Shown here in pieces: positions 39,378 to 52,398 of a stretch of DNA of 64,000 nt (position 1 is the first letter of the stretch; each line of letters starts with the position of its first letter). Position numbers and translations under genes: made by a program. Location: contig OX597833.1 in NCBI GenBank assembly GCA_951406725.2, positions 20,708,001 to 20,772,000 of the forward strand, in the 5' to 3' direction. Under the pieces are notes generated by a model, which was not told the origin of the DNA, did not search any database, and saw nothing but the letters and a program-made list of their open reading frames with translations. This stretch comes from Octopus vulgaris. Its lineage: Eukaryota.

Positions 39378-40305
39378 CTAGAGATACAAAAGGAAAACAA
39401 GATATTAAAAAGAAAAAACACAAAAAAATTGCTATTGCTGAGTTGTAAGATCAACTCTATAACACCTTGATTATCAATCTTTTAGTTTTTTAATCTTGTA
39501 TTTTTAACTTGTTTCGGTCGGTGGAATGTGGCCATGCTGGGACTTCACTTTAAGTTTTGTTGAACAAATCAATCCTATTTGATATTTTTTAAGTCAAATT
39601 CTTATTCGAACAGTCCCCTTTATTGAATCACTAAGTTATAGGGATGTAAACAAACCAACATCAATGATGGTGGTGGAGACAAATACATATACAAAGACAC
39701 ACATATACAAACATACATACACATCTGCATGTATATGTAGAGACAAATCTAAATCTCTAAGACAGGAGCATGGTATATCTTCCATTGTTTCTGAAGCACG
39801 GGTTTCAGTGAATCATGACAATGGTTGTAACAGATATCAAATGTTAAATCGGAGCTGTGGAAGGAAAATTTGAATCCAGATATAACAACCATCTTTTGTC
39901 TGGTGTGCTAATGATTCTGCCAGCTTGCCGCCTTCACAATTCCTAAGAATATTCAATCACGTAAGGCAGCAAGCTGGCAGAATTGTTAGCATGCTGGGCA
40001 AAATGCTTAGCAGTATTTCATCTGTCTTTACATTCTGAGTTCAAATTCCACTGAGGTCGACTTTACCTTTCATCCTTTCACGATTGATAAAGGATCAGTT
40101 GAACACTGGGGTCGATGTAATTGACTTACAACCTTACCCCCTTGTGCCAAAATTCAAAACCAATTATATTCAACTATGAAAATATAAAAGGGTTTTATTT
40201 CACCATCAGATGACTAGGGGTAATAAAACAGGAATCAAAGGGGTCCATAGGTGAAAATGGTTGAGAAACACTGATATAGAGGTTCCCCCCTGGTGTTGTG
40301 TGTAC

Positions 40306-40539
40306 CTGTAAGTGCTGGATCTGCTGTGCAACCTTCTCCTTCTTCTGCTGATAGACAGACAAGTAGGTGTTGAGGAAGGCAATGTAACGTCTTGGAGTGG
40401 CACTCAACTCATGACATGCTTCATGGATCTGCAGGAATGCCTTGAAGGGGTGATCCTTTCCAGAGTGGGAGTGACGTTGGCTGCGCTGGGTGTCTTTATT
40501 GGCTTCTTTGGATTTTTCTGCCAGTAACATTTCTGGAAT
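40306..40539 (-). CDS. DYNC2H1: DYNC2H1 exon: IPEMLLAEK...AFLQIHEAC...ATPRRYIAFL...QIQHLQ
   Basis: cattccag acceptor, gtacac donor, 234 nt, phase 0 to 0. Confidence 0.93.
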
Positions 40540-41479
40540 CTGGAATGGAAAAGGAAGCATGTAAATTGACTTAAAAAGCAATGACCAGTCCTGAGCAACA
40601 GTAGAAGAAACTTGTCGTCCAGTACATGCACACACACACACACATATACCCACATATATATTCATCAGGTTTCTACAGTTTTCACCAACCAAACTGACAC
40701 GCAAGACAATGGCCAGTCTGGGGCAACAGTAGAAGACACTTGTCCAATACACACACGCACACATATACATATATTTGTCAGGCTTCCACACAGTTTCCAC
40801 CAACCAAACCGACTCACAAGGCAATAGAAAACAGTCTGGGGCTATAGTTGAAGACACTAGCCCAACAAATACACACACACATCTGCATACATACACACAC
40901 ACACACATGCGCACCACACACACACACACGAGTGCAGGGCATATCCATGTGGTTAAGACATTCACTTTGCAATCATGTAGCTCTGGGTCAGCTCTTGATG
41001 AACAGGACTTTAGGCAAATACCTTCTTACCATAGCTTTAGGTCAATGTAAGCCTTGTGAGTAAAATTATGGCAGATGGGGACCACGGTGATGAAGGATTG
41101 GTTATGTGGGAGACATAGTCTAACACAGGATTTAGCATGAGTATTTGCACCTTGGGGGCTTTTGGTTGAGGTCTCTATATTGCAACCCTTCATATCTAGC
41201 CTTCAGTCTCAGGATATCGGGATATTTCTTCCTTCTTACAATTCTCTCAGTGGAATGATATAATTGGCGACAACTGTTTGGACATGCTGGTGGTTTGGCA
41301 TGGCTGGCTGCACATTCAGCCTGTTTGGTGGAAGTGTATTTTGACAACGGAGGCAAACACATATACATGTGCATGGAGAAACACACACACACATATAAAT
41401 ACAGAGAGAGTGGGAGAGAGAGGGATGAAGGGAGAGACATTACACATACATACAATCATAACTAGATGCTCATACATAT

Positions 41480-41536
<57 letters not shown>

Positions 41537-41845
41537 AGGAAGGAGAATGAAAGAAACATTAAAAAGAGAGGAACATTAACCCTTTAGTATTTAAATTAGT
41601 CATATCTGGCCCAAATATTCTACCTGTTTTATGTTCAAACCAGCTAGATCTGGCATCTCATATCTACCCCGCAATGTCATTCTAAAAAATAAACAATCAT
41701 TGAAATCTCAAAGCTATGAGAAAATTATGATTAATTCAAAATAATGTAAATAAATAAGCATTACATTTTACAGAATAATTTAATTTTAAAGTTTATCTCT
41801 TCAGATTATGTGTAGAATTCAGAGCCAGTATTGAAAATTATGAGT

Positions 41846-42028
41846 GGAGGCATGTGGCTTAGTGGTAAGGGTGTCAGCATCATGATCGTAAGATTGTGGT
41901 TTCGATTCCTGGACCGGGCGACGCGTTGTGTTCTTGAGCAAAACACTTCATTTCATGTTGCTCCATTTCACTCAGTTGGCAAACCGGGTCCATGAGCCTG
42001 GCTAGGCTTTAAAAGGGTGCATTTATTT
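41846..42028 (+). mobile_element. tRNA-headed SINE family D
   Basis: Head ggaggcatgtggcttagtggtaagggtg...ggtttcgattcctgg; TSD-like tattgaaaatta; relatives at 25175-25440(-), 52527-52860, 63340-63470(-). Confidence 0.75.
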
Positions 42029-42521
42029 ATTGAAAATTACGATATTTTGTATATGAATATGTTGATATAAACAATGCAATCGAAGAGCAAAAAAAAGATA
42101 AGTGTGTATATGCATATTTCAAGAGTTATTGCCCTTTCATCAGCATCATATCCAGCCTATCAACTATCCATGAACTCATTGCTTAAACATCCACTAAATT
42201 TAGTGATGTAACACTATTGGATAGCCCAATTACATATTAAACAAATTCCTGACAGCTAGTATATATTTGTTGCTATATTACAAAATGTTACACTGTGAAT
42301 TTGCAAGCAAAGAATAATTTCAATGCTAAAGGGTTAAAAAGAGAGAAGCATGATTTCAAATAAGTCAGCATTGAATCAGAGATGCCAAGTAGATGGTGCC
42401 AAAGTGGTTGTGCCAAAATGTCTCATACGCTCTCTGAGTCCTTGCAAAATCTTAAGTGTATATACCCTTCTTTTGAGTAAACCACAATCAAAAATTAGAA
42501 TTTATAAAACAATTTTCCTAC

Positions 42522-42664
42522 CCTGACCATGCTGTCACGACTCCAAGAGTCCATCCATTGAACTGTACAGTACTTGTAAAGTGCTGGGTTGCTTTCACAG
42601 TTGATAGCAAATGTCTGGTTCTTAAAGTCCATTATCAAAGCAACATGAAGGTTTCGCTTTACAC
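42522..42664 (-). CDS. DYNC2H1: DYNC2H1 exon: (R)VKRNLHVALIMDFKNQTFAINCESNPALYKYCTVQWMDSWSRDSMVR
   Basis: tgttgtag acceptor, gtagga donor, 143 nt, phase 1 to 0. Confidence 0.94.
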
Positions 42665-44454
42665 CTACAACAGACGGGAGGAAAACAAAATGACAGATAA
42701 ATAAAAAAACAACCAGCCAAATTAGAACCAGCAAAAGCATCAAACTGGCAGAATTGTTAGGATGTGGCGAGCTGGCAGAAACGTTAGCACTCTGGACAAA
42801 GTGTTTAGCAGTATTTCATCTGCCACTACGTTCTGAGTTCAAATTCCGCTGAGGTTGACTTTGCCTTTCATCCGTTTGGGGTCGATAAATTAAGTACCAG
42901 TTACGCACTGGAGTTGATGTAATTGACTTAATCCCTTTGTCTGTCCTTTTTCGTCCCCTCTGTGTTTAGCCCCTTGTGGGTTATAAAGAAATAGGTATTT
43001 CGTTTGCCATTGTGTTCTGAGTTCAAATTCCGCCGAGGTCAACTTTGCCTTTCATCCTTTTGGGGTCGATAAATTAAGTACCAGTTAGGCACTTAATCCC
43101 TTTGTCTGTCCTTGTTTGTCCCCTCTATGTTTATCCCCTTGTGGGTAATAAAGAAATAAGAATTGTTAGCATGCCGGTCAAAACGGTTAGTGACCTTTCA
43201 TTAATCTTTACATTCCGAATCCAAATTCTGGCAAGGTGCATTTTGCCTTCCATTCTTTTGGAGTCGATACAACAAGTACCAGTTGAATACTGGTCTCAAT
43301 GCAATCGACTTACCCCTCCCACATGATTGCAGGCCTTGTGCCATAATTCGAAATCAGTATTAGAACCAGCTTTCAGCTTTCGTTCATACAAATACTTCCC
43401 ATTTTGCCAATGGATTTATCTCACCTACATTACTAATACAATGGGAAAATTTCATTTGCATTCCAAATTCTTAAGTAAAAGGATAAATTATGGTCACATC
43501 AGCTACACTCAGTTAATTAATTGAATAATGACAGTTCAGGTTTCCACCAAGATTAGATTGTTGCTAGTCATAAACTCCATTAGGATTTAGATCTTATTAG
43601 AAGAATGGAACCATGTAAACCAGATAAATACAATCTTCTTGTACTTTCACTTACTCTTTTACCTGTTTCAGTCATTTGACTGCAGCCATGCTGGAGCACC
43701 GCCTTTAGTCGAGCAAATCGACCCCAGGACTTATTCTTTGTAAGCCTAGTACTTATTCTATCGGTCTCTTTTGTTGGACTGCTAAGTTATGGGGACACAA
43801 ACACACCACCATCGGTTGTCGAGTAATATGGGGGGGGGACAAATACACACACACATATATATATATATACATATATACGACGGGCTTCTTTCAGTTTCCG
43901 TCTACCAAATCCACTCACAAGGCTTTGGTCAGCCCGAGGCTATAGTAGAAGACACTTGCCCAGAGTGCCAAGCAGTGGGACCTAACCCGGAACCATGTGG
44001 TTGGTAAGCAAGCTACTTACCACACAGCCACTCCTGCGCCTTTATGCTTACTTTATACTTGTTTCAGTCATTGGACTGCGGCCAAGCTGGGGCACCATCA
44101 GGAAGGGTTTTAGTCAAACAAATTGACCACAATACATTTTTTAAAAAAATTTTCAGTCAGGTACGTATTTTATCAATTCTTTAGCTGAACTGCTAGGTTA
44201 CTTGGATGTAAGCAAATCAGCACCAGTTGTTAAGTGGTGATGGGGGAGTGTGACAAACACAGACATGAATACACATCAACATCATCATTGTTTAATGTCC
44301 ATCTTCCATGCATGCATGGGTAGTTTGGTTAACAGGAGTCGACCAGGTAGGAGACTACCCCAGGCTATCGTGCCTGTTTTGGCAGGATTTTTATAGCTGG
44401 ATGCCATTCCTAACACCAACCACTCTGCAGAGTTGACTGAGTGCTTTTTACGTG

Positions 44455-44745
44455 GCACATTCTCTTGGCTTGGCTTTTGAATGTGAATTTAAGGAGGGTG
44501 ATCTGCATCTGTTGCATGTAGTACTGAGAGGTGACACTCAGTACCACAAGGGGGTAGTTCTGTTATACACTGATCTTGACCTCTTTCTTCAGACGATTAC
44601 TGTTCTAAACGCTTTTAATCTTTTACAATCTGCCAAAGGCACCATTTGTTTTGGTCACCAGCTTGTTGTCAACTTCATTGCTTTTGACATCAAATGATAT
44701 GATGCATCCTAGATAGATGAACTACTTAACTGTCTTTAGGCTAGC
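44455..44745 (-). mobile_element. Degraded RTE-type reverse transcriptase C-terminal relic
   Basis: Translates FIYLGCIISFD...EVDNKL...GAFGRL with stops. Confidence 0.55.
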
Positions 44746-45080
44746 CTCCCCACGCCTTACTGGCACTTGTGCTGGTGGCACATGAAAAACATTTGAGTGA
44801 GGTCATTGCCAGTGCCGCTGGACTGGCTTCTGTGCAGGTGGCATGTAAAAAACACTATTTGAGTGTGGTCGTGGCAGTACCGCCTAACTGGCCCTCGTGC
44901 TGGTGGCACGTAAAAACACCCACTACACTCTCGGAGTGGTTGACATTAGGAAGGGAATCCAGCTGTAGAAACTCTGCCAGATCAGACTAGAGCCTGGTGC
45001 AGCCATCTGGTTCGCCAATCCTCAGTCAAATCGTCCAACCCATGCTAGCGTGGAAAGTGGACGTTAAACGTAGATGATGA

Positions 45081-45124
<44 letters not shown>

Positions 45125-45284
45125 CAGGTTTCTACACAGTTTCCATCAATCAATTCACTTACGAGGCATTGGTTGGACCAGGGGTGTTGTAGAAGACATT
45201 TGCACAAGGTGCTGAACAGAGGGACTGAACCCAAAGGCACACAGTTACAAACTGAGCTGCTCAACCACATGGCCATGCCTGTCC

Positions 45285-45319
<35 letters not shown>

Positions 45320-45924
45320 CTTTTTGTTCTCTCTCCATTTTCTTTTCCTTTCTGTCAAAGAGCATAGGTTCAAAATGTCAAAGACTTTTCCCTTCTTCTC
45401 AAGTGTTAAACTAGTACACATACTTGTTGTTCCCTCACCTGTCTCCATCTTTTGTTTTCTGTAAATTTGAATTATATATGTATATACTTAGACACACACA
45501 AACGTGCACACACACACACACACACACATCTATATATATATATATGTAAATGTATATATAAATATATGCATATATACATACATATATGTACATACCTACA
45601 TCTATATGTATATATACATGTGCATATGGGTACAGGACATCAAAAACGTTGAACACAAAGTTTTATATATATATATGAAGTTCCAAGAAAACTGGATATT
45701 ATCTACATGAATAAAAAGTTACACAACAATATATATGAGTCTGGAATAGTTGATATGCCATGTGAAGAGTTAGTATTGGACTTCAAAGACTGAATTGTTT
45801 CAACTGACACGAAATGAGTTGCAAAAATTATTTCTTCTCCTCAGACAAATGAGGAAGTCTGTTAAAAAAACTGTCAGAGGTTACTACAAACTTACTGAAG
45901 CCAAACACTACTAGTTCTGTTATT

Positions 45925-46132
45925 GTTGTTGTTGTTGTTAAGCAACAAGACGGGTAAGAGTGATTAGGTGATGGTCTAGGGCTTAGGGGCGGGAGACCCC
46001 AGACCTTGGAAGAAAAAAAAACTTTGGTCGTCTTGTTGTAGTCGAGGGCTCTTCGTTGACGCCTGACGCCACTGGGAGGTGGCCCTCGAAGTTGCTGGAG
46101 ATGGTGATCTCCAGGTCCAAATTCTTGAACGG
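45925..46132 (-). mobile_element. Unclassified structured short retroposon, copy 2, with 17-bp TSD
   Basis: TSD ctactagttctgttatt at 45908-45924 and 46133-46149; (AAC)n tail. Confidence 0.85.
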
Positions 46133-46199
46133 CTACTAGTTCTGTTATTAAGTACTTGCAAGACAAGCCTGCCTCAACTGAGCTGGGTATAAAGTATAG

Positions 46200-46590
46200 G
46201 ATTTAAGAAGGACTGAGAGAGCAGTGGTGATGAAAATGTTTGGGGTGAAGCTGTTGGATAAGAGGAGGACTGGTGAAATGGTTGGCAAGGGCGAATTGAA
46301 TGAGGTAGTATAGGCATGTGTTGAGGAGGGATGAAGAGCATGTTATGAAGAGGGTGATTGTGTTTGAGGTAAATGGAGCATGAAAGCGAGGTAGACTGAG
46401 GAAAAGGTGGAGGAGGAGATTGGGAGGGTTGGTTTGAAAAAGGAGGACGCCCAAAACTGGGCAAGATGGCAAGATGGTGTGAGGGTGGTTGCTATAGCAC
46501 TGAGGTAGATCCAGCCCCCACCCCATGTGTCAATGGAGGCAAACTTGGATTTAAAACACTTGATGATGATGATGATGATGATGATGATGA
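46200..46590 (+). mobile_element. RTE LINE C-terminal relic and 3'UTR
   Basis: LRRTERAVV..MFGVKLLD...HVLRRDEEHVMKRV..FEVNG..KRGR.RKRW with stops; related 3' end at 30760-30925 (-). Confidence 0.65.
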
Positions 46591-46660
46591 CGTGAATGTA
46601 TGGTAGAAGGACAGGAACAAGTGTTTTGCTGGTGAAGTGAACACATGTGTTCCCCAGCTG

Positions 46661-46713
<53 letters not shown>

Positions 46714-46764
46714 GAGAGAGAAAGAGAAAGAAAGAAAGAGAGAGAGAGAGAGTGAGAGAGAAAG

Positions 46765-46850
<86 letters not shown>
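46661..46850. repeat. (AG)n microsatellite
   Basis: Direct inspection. Confidence 0.95.
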
Positions 46851-46854
<4 letters not shown>

Positions 46855-46971
46855 TGAAGGCATACCTTCAAAATACAAGGTGAATATGAGAGGGAGAATA
46901 CAGAACTTTGCAATAAAATCATACTCCTTGTGTGTCATTCTGAGAATAAAGTTAAACAGTCTTGTACTTAC

Positions 46972-47194
46972 GAGAGACAAAGAAAGAAAACAAAGACCCA
47001 GTGAAGCCACTTTCTGATGCTGTGTCTTTGAGAGGCTGCAATAAAGGTCCAAGTTCTTCTGGAGTGTAGAGTCCAGGGATTTCTCCAGCAGACAGTAGGC
47101 TGTTCACCAATTCCAACATAGCTGAGTCAAAAATGGTGTGGTCTTCTATGAGAAGAAGAACATGCTGGTCTTCAATACCACTCAGCTGGAACAA
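46972..47194 (-). CDS. DYNC2H1: DYNC2H1 exon (AAA4): LFQLSGIEDQHVLLLIEDH...NSLLSAGEIPGLYTPEEL...FSFFVS
   Basis: catggcag acceptor, gtaagt donor, 223 nt, phase 0 to 1. Confidence 0.94.
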
Positions 47195-48544
47195 CTGCCA
47201 TGACAGAAAGGAAAGAAAAGTGTTACCATGGTGATGTAATATCAAAAATCAAAAACATAAAACCTAAAGAAAAATGAAATAAATATCAAACTAAATATTT
47301 TTTTTGTTTTTTACTCATTTCTGTCATTGGACTGTGGCCATGCTGGGGCACTGCCTTGAAAAAATTGTCAAATGGATCAACCCTAGTACTTGTGTTCTTT
47401 TCAAGCCAAGTACTTTTATTCTGTTGGTCTCTTTTGTTGAATCTCTAAGTTACAGGGACATAAACACACCAGTTGCGAAGCAGTGGTATGGGACAAACAT
47501 AAAGACTTACACATACACACATATCTATAACAGGCTTCTCTCAGTTTCCATCTACTAAATCCACTCACAAGGATTTGGTCAACCTGAGGCTGCAATACAA
47601 GACACTTGTTCAAGGTACCAAGCAGTGGGATTGAACTTGCAACTATGTAGCAAACTACTTAGACACAGCCATGGATATATATATATATATCACGTGATCA
47701 CCGTGACCAACCAGGCTATCAGATGTTGCTACATATCACTGGTCACAATGCACTTCGCATTGTTTTAGCCTTCAAGTGACGCCACCCCACTAGCTAAGTG
47801 ACCAGGCCAACAGAAGAAAGAGTGAGAGAAAGTTGTGATGAAAGAGTACAGTAGGGATCGCCACCACCCCACTGCCGGAGCCTCATGGAACTTTAGGGGC
47901 TTCCACTCAATAAACACTCACAACGCCTGCTCTGGGAATCGAAACTGTGATCCTGTGACCGCAACTCCGCTGCCCTAACCACTGGGCCATTGTGCCTCCA
48001 CACACAAACACACACACATATATATATCATCATCATCATCATTTTGTATCTATTGTCCATGCTGCCAGGCTGCACTAGACTCCAATCTGATTTGGCATGG
48101 TTTCTACTGCTGGATGCTCTTTCTAATCCCAACCACTCTGAGAGTGTAATGGGTGCTTTTACGTGCCACCGGCACAGGTCCCATTTGCATGACACTGGTA
48201 TCTGCTAGGACTGAAATTTTACTTGGCTTGATGGATCTTCTGAAGCATAACAAAATGCCAAAGGTCTCGGTCATTGCCTCCATAAGGCCCAACACTCAAA
48301 ATATGTTCTTTATGTACCTATTTCTTTACTACCCACAAGGAGCCAAACACAGAGAGGACAAACAAGGACAGACAAAGGGATTAAGTTGATTATATCGACC
48401 TCAGTGCATAACTGGTACTTATTTAATCGACCCCGAAAGGATGAAAGGCAAAGTCGACCTCGGCGGAATTTGAACTCAGAACGTAACGGCAGAAAAAATA
48501 CGGCTACGCATTTCACCCGGCGTACCAGCACGGCTGCCAGTTAT

Positions 48545-48800
48545 GTGATACCAGCATCAGCCATGACTACAATTTCATTTGACTTGACAGGTTTTCTGAA
48601 GCACAGCATATTGCCAAAGGTCACTAGTCACAGTGAGATAGCCCAAAATTCGAAGATCATGCTTCATCACCTTGTCCCATGTTTTCCTAGGTCTACTTCT
48701 ACAACAGGTTCCCTCCACAGTTAGAGATCGGCACTTCTTTACACAGCTGTCCTCATCCATCTGCATCACATGACCACACCAGCACAGTTGTCTCTCTTAC
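48545..48800 (-). mobile_element. RTE LINE ORF C-terminus
   Basis: GHVMQMDEDSCVKKCRSLTVEGTCCRSRPRKTW motif. Confidence 0.75.
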
Positions 48801-49948
48801 ACATGCATACACACACACATACATATATATACATACACACATATACATATACACACACACACACACATACATATATATATACACACACACAAGGGGGTAC
48901 TTAACAGTTCCTATCTTTGGATTAGAGAAAATACAGGAGGATCAGTTTATTATTTTATTTAACATATTCCCCTCTCAGATTCACATACTTATTGCAGTGG
49001 TCCTTCAGTTTTTCTAAGCCCTGTAAAAGAACTCAGAAGGTTCGGCCTTCAACCAGGCCTTTTGTGATACCCTTAAAACCAGGAACTTTTCAGTACCCGC
49101 TTGTCTATATGAGCGTGTATATTTTTACAGACGATAAGTTTCCATACAGTTTCTTTCTACAGAATTCACTCACAAGGCATTGGTCACCCATGGCTATTGT
49201 AGAAGAAACTTTCCCATGGTGCCATGCAGTGAAACTGAACTGGTAACTTGTGGTTACAAAGTGATCTTCTTAACCACATAGGCCTATTTACTCTTTTACT
49301 CTTACTTGTTTCAGTCATTTAACTACGACCATGCTGGAGCACCGCCTTTAGTTGAGCAAATTGACCCCAGGACTTATTCTTTGTAAGCCTAGTACTTATT
49401 TTATCAGTCTCTTTTTGCCAAACCGCTAAGTTATGGGGACGTAAACACAGACACACAAACATATACACACATATATAAATATATATACATATATAAACAT
49501 ATACACACACACACACACACATCATGCATGCATACATGCATGCATGCATATATACATACATACATACATGTATGTATGTATGTGTATATATACGACGGGC
49601 TTCTTTCAGTTTCCGTCTACCAAATCCACTCACAAATCTATAGCCCGAGGCTATAGTAGAAGACACTTGCCCAAGGTACCACGCAGTGAGACTGAACCCA
49701 GAACCATGTGGTTGGTAAGTAAGCTACTTACCACACAGCCACTCCTGCGCCTATTTGTTGATTTCCATACAAATAGAACAAGATACATTTCAACAACAGA
49801 CATTTCGTTAAATACAGACCTTACAACTGACCATACAAAATATACAAGCAATTTGAGCCTCACTGCCCACCGGTCCAATATGGTAGCTATATAATCCCAT
49901 CATGCAATGGTAAACTTTCCAAGTAGATAAACCAGGAAGCAGTCTTAC

Positions 49949-50181
49949 CCCTTTTAAGTCAAGTTTGAATTGTTTGATGCTGTAAGACCTGGAGACCTTT
50001 GGACTAAAAACATGCATTTGGTGCATGAATGCTACTAGTCTGACTGCAGATCGTCTGCCAACACCAGAGCTGCCGGCCATCAACAGGGAGCCTCCAGCCA
50101 TGGTCAAGACACGGTCAACACGAGCAATATGATCAATGACTTCCTTGAATATCAACATGTCGTCTATCTTGTTTTCATAAC
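49949..50181 (-). CDS. DYNC2H1: DYNC2H1 exon with AAA4 P-loop: (C)YENKIDDMLIFKEVIDHIARVDRVLTMAGGSLLMAGSSGVGRRS...KQFKLDLKG
   Basis: ttttcag acceptor, gtaaga donor, 233 nt, phase 1 to 0. Confidence 0.95.
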
Positions 50182-52263
50182 CTGAAAAGACAAAAAAAAA
50201 GAAAGAACAAAAACATACCAAGCATTAAATTTAGTATTTATTCATGCATAAGGTAGAATTTATTAGAAATATTGGAATCACAATTGTGGGGCAATGTGAG
50301 AAAGCATTATATTTGGGTGTGAAATAAAAATAAGAAGTAAAAAATATATTACTGACTTTTAGGTACAAAAGTTACCTTATACTTAAGATTGCATTGTAAT
50401 TGGGAGAGCATAGTACATGCTTACTAAAAACAGATGAGAACACAACATTATATACTTAGGTATTATTATTGTCATTAATATTTTGTGTTTAATCTGTGTT
50501 TGATACAATCACTTGCCAGGTCAAGTGAATGTTAAGAAATGTCTAGACATAACTGAGAGTTCGGGAAAGTGAGGTGGGCAGTACAGAAATACATTCATAT
50601 AATACAACACAGCACAAAATATTTAAGTTGATCAGAATTTTTTATGGTTGTGGACAGTACTTCTCAATGCAATCTTCAAGATTCCTGTGAGATAAGAGAC
50701 TCATGGGATGTTATCCAGTAGTTTCTGACATCCCATTTTTATCAAACCAAAGGTATCTACAATAACATACTATTTTTAGTAGATCATACTATTTTTATGT
50801 TTTGGCTTTGCTTTAATTTATACCAGTTGCATCCAAGTCTAAAGATAGCACTTATTCTTTTGGTTTCTTTTGCTGAACTGCTAAGTTACAGGGATGTAAA
50901 CGAATGAATACTGGTCGTTAAGTGGTGGGGAGACAAACACAAACATATGGGCATGTGTGTGTATAAACACACACACACACATACATGACATATTTCCACA
51001 GTTACCATCTACCAAATTCACCCACAAGGTATTGGTCAGCCTGGGGCTATAATAGAAAACACTTGCCCAAGGTGTTGTGTAGTGGGACTGAACCCAAAAC
51101 CATATGGCTACAAAATGAGCTTCTTAACCATACAATCATACCTCTATATGAATGACTGTATTTAACTAAGGCTGAATCTATCTCTTGCTGATATATATTT
51201 ATAATGGTATAAGACATTTACATTGTGAGGGAACTGAAAATCCAGTGCTTTATGAAATATGCCCTTTGCATCACATCAGGCACTTTTGTCCTCACACTCA
51301 AAATATGAAACGAAATGAAATGAACCAATGACTGACTCAGTAGACACCTATGACCAACAGCAATATTATGCACAGATTTTCATGATATAAAATGGCTTCA
51401 AATTTTGGTACAAGGCCAGCAATGTTAGGGGGGAGGAGCAAGTTGATTATATTGACCCCAGTGGTCAACTGGTACTTATTTTATCAACCTTGAAAGAATG
51501 AAAGGCAAAGACAACCTTGGTGGAGTTTGAACTCAGAACATTGAGTCAGAAGAAATTCTGTTTAGCATTTTATCCGACACACTAATGATTCTGCCAGTTA
51601 GTGGCCTTCTTTTCATGATATAAAACTACATAAAATATGTCTGAAAAGGTGTGGCTGTGTGGTAAGAAGCTTGCTTTCCAACCACATGGTTTTAGGTTCA
51701 GTCTCACTGTGTGGCACCTTGGTGTGTGTATATATGTGTGGATGTCTGTGCATGCGTGTTGGGGGTGTCTGTGTCCTCCACCACTGCTTGACAGTCAATG
51801 TTGGTCTGCTAATGTCCCTGTAACCTAGCAGTTTGGCAAAAGAGACTGATAGAATAAGTACCAGGCTTTAAAAAAAAATGGTACTAGGGCTGATTCATTC
51901 AATTAAAAAGTGAAGGGTAACCATTTTCAAGAAGTGGGCGGCAAAAGACAGAGCTAAGCATCAGGCAGATCTCACTACTCAAAGAATTCAAAGTAATTTT
52001 TCGTTTAGGCTATTCAGAAAGTCCAGCATGTAACAGTTTGTCCATGACTGGTGTAGACTGTAGAGCGATCATGGCTAATCTTTATCAAGAAGTGGGTTAT
52101 ATAAGACATGGCTCATCTCAGGAAGGTCACATCCCTAAAAAACAATTAATGTAATTTTTCATTTAGGCATGCCAATTATGCAGTCCCATGGGTTGCAGGA
52201 AGCCCACAAATTGTTTAAAGAAAGGTCAACAAAATTTCTACAAAGAAGAAAAAACAAACTTAC

Positions 52264-52398
52264 AAAATGCTCGTAGTCCTTTCTCAATAACAGATTTCAG
52301 ATCATCTCTTGAGAGCCGACCAAGAGGTTTGCCATTCCTTTTCTGGGAAGTTGTACTTGAGTTTGTTGATCTGCTGCCCCAAGTGACATGATAAAAAG
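52264..52398 (-). CDS. DYNC2H1: DYNC2H1 exon: (S)FYHVTWGSRSTNSSTTSQKRNGKPLGRLSRDDLKSVIEKGLRAF
   Basis: tctcacag acceptor, gtaagt donor, 135 nt, phase 1 to 1. Confidence 0.92.

Noticed and set aside
41132-41455. 107-aa minus-strand ORF with a complex central part
   Set aside because: It is not needed for dynein colinearity, has no recognisable motif, and starts in simple repeats.
46040-46092. HDV-like ribozyme in the structured retroposon (ACC-TCCCAGT-GGY, CGAA, P2-like stem)
   Set aside because: I could not find a P1 partner or the P1.1 GG, and the second copy lacks the CGAA segment; only a covariance search could revive it.
46492-47017. ER-repeat and LS-repeat ORFs
   Set aside because: (AG)n microsatellite; only 46972-47194 on the minus strand is real exon.
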